DNA of 64,000 nucleotides, taken from positions 1,152,001 to 1,216,000 of the forward strand of contig OZ223269.1 of assembly GCA_965140585.1 (NCBI GenBank), written 5' to 3'. The notes under the pieces were generated by a model. The model was not told the origin of the DNA. It made no database searches and saw nothing but the letters and a program-made list of their open reading frames with translations. Each line of letters starts with the position of its first letter. Positions within the stretch are counted from its first letter, which is position 1. Below are positions 9,032 to 17,928 of the stretch, piece by piece. Origin of the DNA: Spirochaetia bacterium. Lineage in GTDB: Bacteria > Spirochaetota > Spirochaetia > UBA9216. Position numbers and translations under genes: made by a program.

Positions 9032-12000
9032 ATGAAACTTGCAGATTATTCGATTAAACATCCCGCAGTTATTACTATAATACTGATTGCAGTAGTCTTC
9101 TTCGGTTTCTTTGCGCTGCAGGGTTCCAATCAGGAAGCCTTTCCGGCAATAGGGATGCCAGGAGCTTCCGTGGTAACTATATACCCCGGTGTCGATGCTA
9201 AGAGTGTCGAACGCGATGTCACAGCTCCTCTGGAAGACTCTTTAATAAGCCTTTCGGGACTCTCAAATCTGACCTCGTCATCGAGTGACTCAGTGTCATC
9301 AGTCGTAATAGAATTCGATGAAAATGTAGACGCCTACGCTAAACTGCCGGAGATAAGAGAGCTTGTTAACGCTGCTATGGATGAACTGCCGGAAGGGATA
9401 TCCGGCGATCCTGTTATTATAGTTCATGATATGGCTGCAATTCTTCCAATCTATTCCGTAATGGTCAAAAGCAGGCTGGAGCCGGAAGTTCTTACGGACT
9501 TTATAGAAAATGAGTTCAGTCCCCAGATTACCAGAATAGACGGTGTTTCAAACATTCAGATAAAAGGCGGAGTACAGAAGCAGCTTGAGATAAAACTGCA
9601 TATAAATGAACTTGAGCCCCGCGGACTTTCAGTCCTCGATATCTACCAGCTTCTTCAGTATTCAAACATTTCTTTTCCCGCTGGTGAGATCAGTTACAAG
9701 GATGAGGCGCTGAATCTCCGTACATCGGGTGAATTTTCAAACATAGACGAGATACAGAACCTCGTGGTAGGTCATGTTGATGATTCTTATGTATACCTCA
9801 AGGATATTGCGGATATCGAAATAAATTTTGCTGAACCGGATTTTTATATCCGCTCCGACAGTCAGGCTGTTATGGCTATCGATGTTATGAAACGCCAGGA
9901 AGGCAATACCCTGGATATTGTAGACAGTCTAAAGCGTATTGAGGCGGAAACTGAAGAAAAATACTCTGGCCTGATTGAGTTCTATACAATAGCCGATGAA
10001 AAGGTGACCACCGAGCTTACAATTAATACAGTACTCAAATCAGCCTTTACCGGAATAGCACTTGCCATCCTTATTATCTATATCTTTCTGCATAATATCC
10101 GCAGTACCATTATCATCGGACTTTCAATTCCACTTTCTATGCTGATCACTGTAATAGGAATGTACCTGACCGGAACAACAATGAACATGCTCAGTCTGTC
10201 CGGCCTTACAGTAGCGATTGGTATGATCGTGGACAGTTCCATCGTTGTTCTTGAAAACACCAATCGCCACTTTGCAGACTCAGGCGATCCGGCCGGTTCA
10301 GCCTCGATCGGAGCCGGAGAAGTGGGGGGAGCAGTACTGGCATCGGCAACCACATCAATCTGCGTATTTCTGCCGATGATCTTTCTATCCGGCTTGATTG
10401 GCATAATCATGAAAGGATTATCCCTTACGATCGTTATTGCACTGGGAGCGTCGGCTCTGGTTTCTGTTATAGTAGTTCCATACCTGTCGGCACAGTTTCT
10501 TAAAGAGGACAAACCGAGATTTAAGTCAACAGTACTGTTCCACAGATTAATCGACGGAGCTCTGGATAAGCTCACTTCCGGATACAAAAAAATACTTGCG
10601 GGGGCTATAAAACGGCCGCTGAGAGTACTTATAGTTGCCGTAGTGGTGCTTGTGCTGACGGTAATGCTTATATCATTTATGGGAATAAGTTTTATACCTC
10701 CGTCCGATACCGGTGAGTTTGAAATACATATCAATACTCCTGAATCATACAGCCTGCTGCAGACAAGAGACAAAATTGATGAAATAGACAGGCTTGTTAC
10801 TGAACTTACGCCCGAGATTGAAACTTCCATTTACTACGTCGGTGCTTCAAGCACACTCAGTTCCGCATCAAAGAAAAATGTTGCTATTGGAAGAATAAGG
10901 CTCATCGGAAATCAGCACCGGGACAGAACCGTTCACGAAATAGTAGACTCACTTCAGACCGCCCTGAATAATGAAATCACTGATATCGATGTTATTGTTG
11001 TAAACGGAGGTTTCGATTCACTTCTGGGTATGGCAACCGGCGGTCAGGGTTTTAAAGTCAGGCTTTACGGAAACAGCCTCGATCAGGTTATGAAGTCTGC
11101 TGAAATAGTTGACGGGCAGCTGGACAGAGACCCGGAAGTTTTTAAAACGACCATGAGTATGAACTACGGAAAGGAGCAGCTTGTATCCAACCTTATCCTT
11201 GATTATCTGGGTTCAACCGGAATCACGCCATATGAAGCAGCCATTACATCAAGAATTTTATTTAACGGCATGGAAACCGGTAAATACCGGACCGATGAAG
11301 GGAATATTCCAATCCTGCTGTCTTCCGGGGTTGCCGGGTCTGATATCGATGAAAACACTATAAATATGATTACTCTCAAAACACCTTCAGGAGATCCGAT
11401 TGCACTCTCAAGTCTCACTGAGATCGACAGAGAGCCGGCAGTATCCTCAATTGCCAAGGAGAACAGGAATATATCCATCACTATCACAGGATACCTCACA
11501 ACCCAGGATCAGATGGGTGTAACCGGAAGAATGTCAGAGTACATGAACAATGTTGAGCTTCCCTACGGAGTTTCATGGGAAATTGCCGGAACCTCAAGTC
11601 TTATCGGCTCCTCATTCAAATCACTTTTCATGATACTCGGTATCGCTGTCTTTCTTGTCTACATGGTAATGGTTATTCAGTTCGAAAGATTCGTTCAGCC
11701 GTTTATAATAATGATTTCAATTCCATTCACTCTTATTGGTGTGGTTATAGGTCTCATAGCCTTCGGATCTACGATATCCATCATTCCGATGCTGGGTATG
11801 ATATCACTGGCCGGAATGGTTGTTAACAACGGTATTGTAATGATTGACTACCTTAACCTGCTTAGAAAAAAAGGCACTGAACTCGAAGAAGCGGTTCTCG
11901 AAGGCTGTTCATCAAGGTTGAAGCCTATACTTATGACTACGCTGACCACTTTTTTCGGTGTTCTTCCGATGGCCTTCGCCTTTGGGAACGGCTCAGAGGT

Positions 12001-12151
12001 TTATGCTCCGCTTGGTCAGGCTATAGCAGGAGGACTGATAACATCAACGATTCTTACATTGATTCTGGTTCCGGTAATTTATACCCTGATTGAGAAAAGA
12101 CACATTAGACGTGATGGTTACGACAGGACACTATCCAGCGAATCGGTATGA
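9032..12151 (+). CDS. RND efflux permease (AcrB/AcrD/AcrF family)
   Basis: 1039 aa; IKHP N-terminus, YPGVDA..VE..VT.PLE, GMIVDSSIVVLEN and RLKPILMTTLTT motifs. Confidence 0.95.
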   Translation: MKLADYSIKHPAVITIILIAVVFFGFFALQGSNQEAFPAIGMPGASVVTIYPGVDAKSVERDVTAPLEDSLISLSGLSNLTSSSSDSVSSVVIEFDENVDAYAKLPEIRELVNAAMDELPEGISGDPVIIVHDMAAILPIYSVMVKSRLEPEVLTDFIENEFSPQITRIDGVSNIQIKGGVQKQLEIKLHINELEPRGLSVLDIYQLLQYSNISFPAGEISYKDEALNLRTSGEFSNIDEIQNLVVGHVDDSYVYLKDIADIEINFAEPDFYIRSDSQAVMAIDVMKRQEGNTLDIVDSLKRIEAETEEKYSGLIEFYTIADEKVTTELTINTVLKSAFTGIALAILIIYIFLHNIRSTIIIGLSIPLSMLITVIGMYLTGTTMNMLSLSGLTVAIGMIVDSSIVVLENTNRHFADSGDPAGSASIGAGEVGGAVLASATTSICVFLPMIFLSGLIGIIMKGLSLTIVIALGASALVSVIVVPYLSAQFLKEDKPRFKSTVLFHRLIDGALDKLTSGYKKILAGAIKRPLRVLIVAVVVLVLTVMLISFMGISFIPPSDTGEFEIHINTPESYSLLQTRDKIDEIDRLVTELTPEIETSIYYVGASSTLSSASKKNVAIGRIRLIGNQHRDRTVHEIVDSLQTALNNEITDIDVIVVNGGFDSLLGMATGGQGFKVRLYGNSLDQVMKSAEIVDGQLDRDPEVFKTTMSMNYGKEQLVSNLILDYLGSTGITPYEAAITSRILFNGMETGKYRTDEGNIPILLSSGVAGSDIDENTINMITLKTPSGDPIALSSLTEIDREPAVSSIAKENRNISITITGYLTTQDQMGVTGRMSEYMNNVELPYGVSWEIAGTSSLIGSSFKSLFMILGIAVFLVYMVMVIQFERFVQPFIIMISIPFTLIGVVIGLIAFGSTISIIPMLGMISLAGMVVNNGIVMIDYLNLLRKKGTELEEAVLEGCSSRLKPILMTTLTTFFGVLPMAFAFGNGSEVYAPLGQAIAGGLITSTILTLILVPVIYTLIEKRHIRRDGYDRTLSSESV

Positions 12152-12156
12152 GATTT

Positions 12157-12191
12157 AAACAACTATAAATCTGAATGATTTATAGTTGTTT
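12157..12191. terminator. probable bidirectional terminator hairpin between convergent genes
   Basis: Perfect 15-bp inverted repeat AAACAACTATAAATC-tgaat-GATTTATAGTTGTTT. Confidence 0.7.
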
Positions 12192-12803
12192 TCAGTAAGT
12201 ATCAGGGTTCATATTCTCGAAGGCTTCCCGAACTTCGTACAAACGCTTCAGATCGAGTTCTATAAATTCCTTATAATCAATCTCGCCCTCATCAATTTTA
12301 ATCCGTTCATCTTCCCAGTATTCCATGCCCTCTATGTATATGTATGGCATGGCGTCAATCTCTGCTTTCATCTCAAGTACCTTATCCCAGTAATAGAGGG
12401 CGTTCTTATAGTACTTTTCAGCCATCTGCAGACTCTTGAGGTTTTCCTGTTTCCATGGATAGTTATAAAAGTATGCGTCGAATTTATCGTATTTAACGCC
12501 CAGAAGCCGCCACTGCTCTATGAGTTTCAGATATATATGCATAGTAAACATAAATCTGTAGCGCTCCCATTCCTTCTCGGTTTTGATAGTGGCCAGAGCA
12601 TTCAGCGGATTAACAAAGGGTCTCTTTAAGGCATTTTCCAGGTAGTATATATTTTCAGCGCTGTCTTCCGGATACTGGATATAGTGACTGTGATATAGCT
12701 TATAAAACTGTTCTGCATAAAGAATCTTATAGCCAAAAGTACTCTGAACTGTAAACAGAGCAAAAAAGAGAATAATTACTGCAGGTTTAAATAAATGCCT
12801 CAC
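12192..12803 (-). CDS. exported helical hypothetical protein, Tyr-rich
   Basis: 203-aa ORF with a signal peptide, 7 nt downstream of tmk. Confidence 0.75.
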   Translation of the reverse strand: MRHLFKPAVIILFFALFTVQSTFGYKILYAEQFYKLYHSHYIQYPEDSAENIYYLENALKRPFVNPLNALATIKTEKEWERYRFMFTMHIYLKLIEQWRLLGVKYDKFDAYFYNYPWKQENLKSLQMAEKYYKNALYYWDKVLEMKAEIDAMPYIYIEGMEYWEDERIKIDEGEIDYKEFIELDLKRLYEVREAFENMNPDTY

Positions 12804-12810
12804 ATGAAGC

Positions 12811-13431
12811 TTATCGGCTTATAGCCGCAATTATTTCAGAACATATTTCATCAGGTTTCTTTGTGCCGTCAATCCTCAGCAGTTTCATACCGGTATTCGC
12901 ATAAAGGCTGAACGCTCTGTTGTAATTTTCAATAATCCGGTTCTGTATAGAGAGGGCATCAAACAGCTCAATTTTATCACGCTTGTGCATTCTCTGACTG
13001 CATACTTCCGCCGAAAGGTCGAGAAAAATTGTGTATTCAGGTATCGGGTATGGATTGAGATCATGAACAAGATCAAAATCACAGCCAAGGCTCTGGTAAG
13101 CAAGCGAAGAGAACAGATATCTGTCGGTGAGAACAGTACTACCGTCTTCAAGCATTTTAAGAATTCCGGAATCCGGGTTATACAGATGCTCATACCTGTC
13201 TGCGGAAAAGAGTCTTGCCAGGGTTTCGGGTTCTGCTTTTATCTCTTTAAGCAGAATCTGTCGTATCAGTTTACCTGAAGGCATCGGTGTAGGTTCACAA
13301 GTTGAATACAGTGCTTTATCATTGTCCGCAAACCATTTTTTCAGCATATTAAGCTGTGTTGTGGTTCCGCTGCCGTCAAGGCCCTCAAGGGCAATAAAAT
13401 TTTGTAAAACTTCAGGTTTCTCTCTCATCAC
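12811..13431 (-). CDS. tmk: thymidylate (dTMP) kinase
   Basis: FIALEGLDGSGTTTQ P-loop; TDRYLFSSLAYQ motif. Confidence 0.95.
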   Translation of the reverse strand: MMREKPEVLQNFIALEGLDGSGTTTQLNMLKKWFADNDKALYSTCEPTPMPSGKLIRQILLKEIKAEPETLARLFSADRYEHLYNPDSGILKMLEDGSTVLTDRYLFSSLAYQSLGCDFDLVHDLNPYPIPEYTIFLDLSAEVCSQRMHKRDKIELFDALSIQNRIIENYNRAFSLYANTGMKLLRIDGTKKPDEICSEIIAAISR

Positions 13432-13437
13432 ACACCG

Positions 13438-13466
13438 ATAATAGAATATTGGGTCTTTTTTGACAA
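13438..13466 (-). promoter_or_regulatory. sigma70-type promoter of tmk, leaderless geometry
   Basis: TTGTCA, 17 nt, TATTAT, 6 nt, GTG ATG; no SD. Confidence 0.65.
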
Positions 13467-13574
13467 TCTTATATTGATGATTTCAAAAGTCGAAAACTTT
13501 TAAACGAAGTTCTATACACTTATTAGTAAATTTGGTGTAAATTCACTAATTGAAAAGATGAAGAGGTACCTGTT

Positions 13575-16500
13575 CTGAAACCTTCTGCAAAAAGGTCAAA
13601 AACAATTCAAATATTATCTATAATCTCAGTATGTGCGGTTCTGCTGCCGCTTGTTATGTTTCCGGTTCAGAGGAAATTTGTAACATATCTCGAGGATGTG
13701 AAACTGAGGTTTATCAATACTCTTGAACTGAGACTGAACCGTAATATTGCATATGAAAGCATCTCGCCTTCAATCTTCCGGGCTTTTGAAATTCAGGGAT
13801 TTAAAATATTCGCTGAAGATAATTCAGATGAAGTACTCCTTGAAATAGGCCGGCTGAGGCTTGATTTCAGCCTGCTTAAGCTTCTGCAGAATAATCCTCT
13901 CGGTGCGTTCAGGGGATTGACCATAATCAACTCAAAACTCAGCTTTGATACAGCTGAAGATGCCGAGCTGCTCGATCTATTTAAATCAGCAGACTCATCC
14001 CGGGAGAGGGGAATGCAAACTTCCGGCACTTTCGATCTTCCGGACAGCTTTTATCTCAGGGGAAAAAACCTCAATTTAAACCTCAAGTCCCCGGATTATT
14101 CGGGCAGTTTCAGTAAACTGTATTTTACCCTTAAAAATTCATCATCTGATGATTTTGCTCTTACAGCACGCTCTGAAGCCTCTCTGTTTTTCTATGAAAC
14201 ACCTCTGCCTACCGATGATAACTCAATCTCGGTTGACACCTCACTAAATGCATCCGGAAGGATAGATCGAAATCTCAACTGGGTGGAGCTTGTATTAAAA
14301 AGCCGGAATCTTGATTCCGATCTTATATCTGCTGAACGTTTAAGTGTCAATTTCAGATTCACCGCACCCGGAGTCTATCAGCTTACTAAAATCGGGGACA
14401 AAACACCTGCGGATATTAATCTCAAACTTGATACGGAAACACACAGTGTTCGTTTGGAACTGGATGCTGATGATTTTATTTTCAGCGAATATTTCAGCCC
14501 TGGCAGACACACCAGGCAGTACACTGATTTTCTTGGACTTTCAGTTACCGGAAATGCTGCACTTGACTACGATTACGCTGAAAGAAAACTCGAATATCAT
14601 GGAGCATTGGCAGTAGATACATATCCCGATTTTATTATTCCGGACTCTCACATTGAAGCATCGTTTTCCGGAAATAATATGGAACTTAATATTGCTGATT
14701 CCCGCTTTGAAAATGATACCCTTGCCGGAGGCTTCAATGGAAGGATAGGTTTCACTGATGGGCTGCCTGAAATAAACGGGAATGCGGCTGTCGAAAATTT
14801 GATAATTAACAATGCAGAAATCTCGACTGAGATCAGCATAGTCACAGATAATATCGGAAAATACACTGTAAATTCCGACAGCCTTAGTGCCGGAAACCTC
14901 AAGCTGCGTAAACTCAAGCTGAGTATTCTTCCTTATCAGGATAATTTCGACTTTCTTCTCGAGGCTGAACCGGAATCTGATGATGGCATAAATGAATCGC
15001 TTTATATCGAAGGTGTATATCAGTCCGGTAAGGATCAGTATCTTCAGACGGTTGTGTCTACTGACAATCTCAGTATCAGGCCCTTAATGTCGCTTATCCC
15101 TCCCGGTATTAGCCTTCCTGTCGATCTGCTTGATTTCAGGCTGAGTTCCGAACTTTTCTTTTCAGGAGATCTCAAGCAGATGGCCTTCGCCGCATCAGAA
15201 TTTCTTCTCACCAGCCGTACCGCGCCGGAAAACAAAATCGAACTTCAGCTTTCCGGAAATAATCGGCGTATCAGCCTGACAAACCTTAATATAATCTGGA
15301 ATCAGAATATTATCAGCGGACAGGTATCTGCAGAAATAGACAGTGATAAGACCATCATGCTGAATACTGGCCTGAGTCTGAATGATCTGAAATATGATAT
15401 CGGAGGGGTATACAGTATATCAAGCGGAGCTTTAAGCCTTACCGGTTCTCACGGCTTTCAGCTGAGTCTGCTTGAACTTCCGCTTACAGGATATACCTTT
15501 CAGCTAAAGACCCGGGAGCTGCCTTTTTATATAGGAAAAGACAGGCCTTCAGGAATAAGCGCAGATATTTCAGGATATTATGATTCACCTGAAAACTGGA
15601 AAATCTTTTTAAATAAAACCTCTATATCATCACTGCCTTTATCAGGATATACAGGAAACCTGCTGCTCAGTGCGGTTATAGGAAACGATGGCGGCCAGCT
15701 GAGCAGCCTTAAATACAGTGATTCATATTCGGAGCTTAATGGCAGCGGATTTGTCAGAATTACCGACTTAAACGATGGACTCAGCGGAAGTGCATATCTC
15801 CAGCTGGCTGACCGTCGATCGGATGAGAACTACTCTCTATTATTTGACATGCTTAAGGGTGAAGCAGGCGGAACTCTTGATATAAACAATTTCAAGCTTG
15901 AAAGACTGTCGGGATTCCTTCCTGTGGAGGGAGACATATCTGGTACAGCGGTAATTTCAGGCAGCCTTGCAAGTCCGGAACTCAGTCTCGAACTGACCAC
16001 AGGAGATGCAGAGTTCACCGGACGCCCCCTGGATCTTAATACTTCGCTTCAGTACAAGGACCTTGTTTTTGAAGCAGGCCTTATAGATCTCACCGCAGGA
16101 AGCGTATCTCTTAAACAAGGCAGAGGACTGCTTGATTTCAGTACCGGAAGGCATCAGCTGACAGGGAATCTGACTGCAGAACTGGCTCCGCTTTCACTTG
16201 GGACTCAGATCAGCATTACAGGAAAATCAGTCCCTATAGAGAATATTGGCGATATTGCTTCAATCATCAAAAACGACATGAATTTGCAACTTAACCTCGA
16301 AGAACTTCTCTATAATAAACTGCCCAGAGATGACCTGTATTTTACAATAGTTCATTCAGAGGGAACCTCCATCCTGACAGGAGGGCCTGAAAACTCTGTA
16401 TCAGGCCGTTATAATGACGACGGAACATTCACTATTAATATTGCCGACCCGGTTCCTCTGACATTCGTAGCCAAAGGCTCCATGAACCGAGGAAATATTG

Positions 16501-17912
16501 ATGCAAGGATCAGCGGCATTGAATATGTTTTTGATAAACTTGAAATTCCATTCTTTTACTTTGAAAAGGGAAGTATTACCGGTGATCTTAAAATTCTGGG
16601 ACCGTTTAACGATCCGGATTTTTTCGGACAGCTCGACTTGAATAACCTTGATTTCAGACCGCCCATTGTACAGGAGAAAACCAAAAACCTTTCCACATCT
16701 TTCTTTTTCAGCGGAAAATCAGTTACTCTCCCGTCCACCCGCATAATCACCGAAAACGGAATAGTAATGATGACTATTGACGGTGTTATGGAACGCTGGC
16801 TGCCGAGAAACTATGATTTTAATATGTCTGTTCCTGAAGGACGTGGAATATCTGCAATGTTTTATCGGGCGCCATTTTATGTTTCAGGTTTTGCAGAAGG
16901 CAATCTGCGCATATACGGCGACTTTCTCCGTATGAACGTCAGCGGTGATATCAAGGCAATAGATGCGACTATAATGTTCAGCAATAGTCTCGGGGACGGA
17001 AAGATGGGTATGCCGACCGAGCAGATTGGAGCCGATTTAAAAATCAGGGTAGGAGAAAACAACCAGCTGATGTGGCCCAGTCAGACGCTGCCGATCGTAA
17101 GAGCCTACATAAAACCCGAAGATGAGTTCAGTCTTAGATATGATTCAATTCCCAACGAGCTTATTCTTGACGGAGCTCTTGCACTTAAGGGCGGTGAAAT
17201 ATTCTATTTCGAAAGAAACTTCTATATCAAGGAAGGCTCGATCAGATTTACCAACGATATGGTCTATGCAATGGATCCGCTTCTAAGCGCAAGGGCGGAA
17301 ATAAGGGATGTAAACGCTGCAGGTGAACTTGTAAAGATTTATCTTATAGTGGACAAATCACCGCTAAGCTCTTTTGTGCCGCGTTTTGAATCAGACCCTG
17401 CGATGTCAACCAACGAAATAATCTCCCTGCTCGGTGGAAATATCCTTGATACTATCGGAGCTTCGGACGGTGATTTAGGCGAAACAGCAGCTTTTGTAAC
17501 AGATCTGGCAACCCAGTACGCGCTTAAGGGTATCGAAAACGAACTAAAGAAAACACTGGGTCTTGATCTGCTGTCAATCCGTACATCCTTTATCGGAAAC
17601 ATAATTGAAGACAAACTTCAGAGCAGTATTGTAAATCCTGATGACAATTTCGCCAAATATCTTGACAATACGACCTTATTCTTGGGAAAGTACTTCACAG
17701 ATGATATATTCTTACAGGGATTGTTTCAGTTTGATCTTTATAACGATTCGGGTTATTCTGACGGATTGAATCTTAACCTTGACAGTGAGATAAAACTGGA
17801 GTGGGAAGGACCGGTTGCAAATATCGAATTCAGCCTCTTTCCCGACTTTGTGGATCCTGCTGCAGGATTGAAAAAAACGAGTGTCGGATTATCCTGGCAT
17901 TTCTCTTATTAA
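13575..17912 (+). CDS. tamB: TamB/AsmA-like translocation and assembly module protein
   Basis: About 1445 aa, beta-rich; C-terminal DUF490-like region (GSIRF...DPLL..RAE, FESDP.MS..EI.SLLG, LGKY); directly upstream of bamA. Start extended to an in-frame CTG with GAGGT RBS (start position uncertain). Confidence 0.85.
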   Translation: MKPSAKRSKTIQILSIISVCAVLLPLVMFPVQRKFVTYLEDVKLRFINTLELRLNRNIAYESISPSIFRAFEIQGFKIFAEDNSDEVLLEIGRLRLDFSLLKLLQNNPLGAFRGLTIINSKLSFDTAEDAELLDLFKSADSSRERGMQTSGTFDLPDSFYLRGKNLNLNLKSPDYSGSFSKLYFTLKNSSSDDFALTARSEASLFFYETPLPTDDNSISVDTSLNASGRIDRNLNWVELVLKSRNLDSDLISAERLSVNFRFTAPGVYQLTKIGDKTPADINLKLDTETHSVRLELDADDFIFSEYFSPGRHTRQYTDFLGLSVTGNAALDYDYAERKLEYHGALAVDTYPDFIIPDSHIEASFSGNNMELNIADSRFENDTLAGGFNGRIGFTDGLPEINGNAAVENLIINNAEISTEISIVTDNIGKYTVNSDSLSAGNLKLRKLKLSILPYQDNFDFLLEAEPESDDGINESLYIEGVYQSGKDQYLQTVVSTDNLSIRPLMSLIPPGISLPVDLLDFRLSSELFFSGDLKQMAFAASEFLLTSRTAPENKIELQLSGNNRRISLTNLNIIWNQNIISGQVSAEIDSDKTIMLNTGLSLNDLKYDIGGVYSISSGALSLTGSHGFQLSLLELPLTGYTFQLKTRELPFYIGKDRPSGISADISGYYDSPENWKIFLNKTSISSLPLSGYTGNLLLSAVIGNDGGQLSSLKYSDSYSELNGSGFVRITDLNDGLSGSAYLQLADRRSDENYSLLFDMLKGEAGGTLDINNFKLERLSGFLPVEGDISGTAVISGSLASPELSLELTTGDAEFTGRPLDLNTSLQYKDLVFEAGLIDLTAGSVSLKQGRGLLDFSTGRHQLTGNLTAELAPLSLGTQISITGKSVPIENIGDIASIIKNDMNLQLNLEELLYNKLPRDDLYFTIVHSEGTSILTGGPENSVSGRYNDDGTFTINIADPVPLTFVAKGSMNRGNIDARISGIEYVFDKLEIPFFYFEKGSITGDLKILGPFNDPDFFGQLDLNNLDFRPPIVQEKTKNLSTSFFFSGKSVTLPSTRIITENGIVMMTIDGVMERWLPRNYDFNMSVPEGRGISAMFYRAPFYVSGFAEGNLRIYGDFLRMNVSGDIKAIDATIMFSNSLGDGKMGMPTEQIGADLKIRVGENNQLMWPSQTLPIVRAYIKPEDEFSLRYDSIPNELILDGALALKGGEIFYFERNFYIKEGSIRFTNDMVYAMDPLLSARAEIRDVNAAGELVKIYLIVDKSPLSSFVPRFESDPAMSTNEIISLLGGNILDTIGASDGDLGETAAFVTDLATQYALKGIENELKKTLGLDLLSIRTSFIGNIIEDKLQSSIVNPDDNFAKYLDNTTLFLGKYFTDDIFLQGLFQFDLYNDSGYSDGLNLNLDSEIKLEWEGPVANIEFSLFPDFVDPAAGLKKTSVGLSWHFSY

Positions 17913-17928
17913 TTTTCGAGGAGAAATT

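Noticed and set aside
10078-10830. 250-aa antisense ORF inside the RND gene, and similar shadows in pnp, mutS, tamB and rpsA
   Set aside because: Typical antisense open frames caused by codon bias
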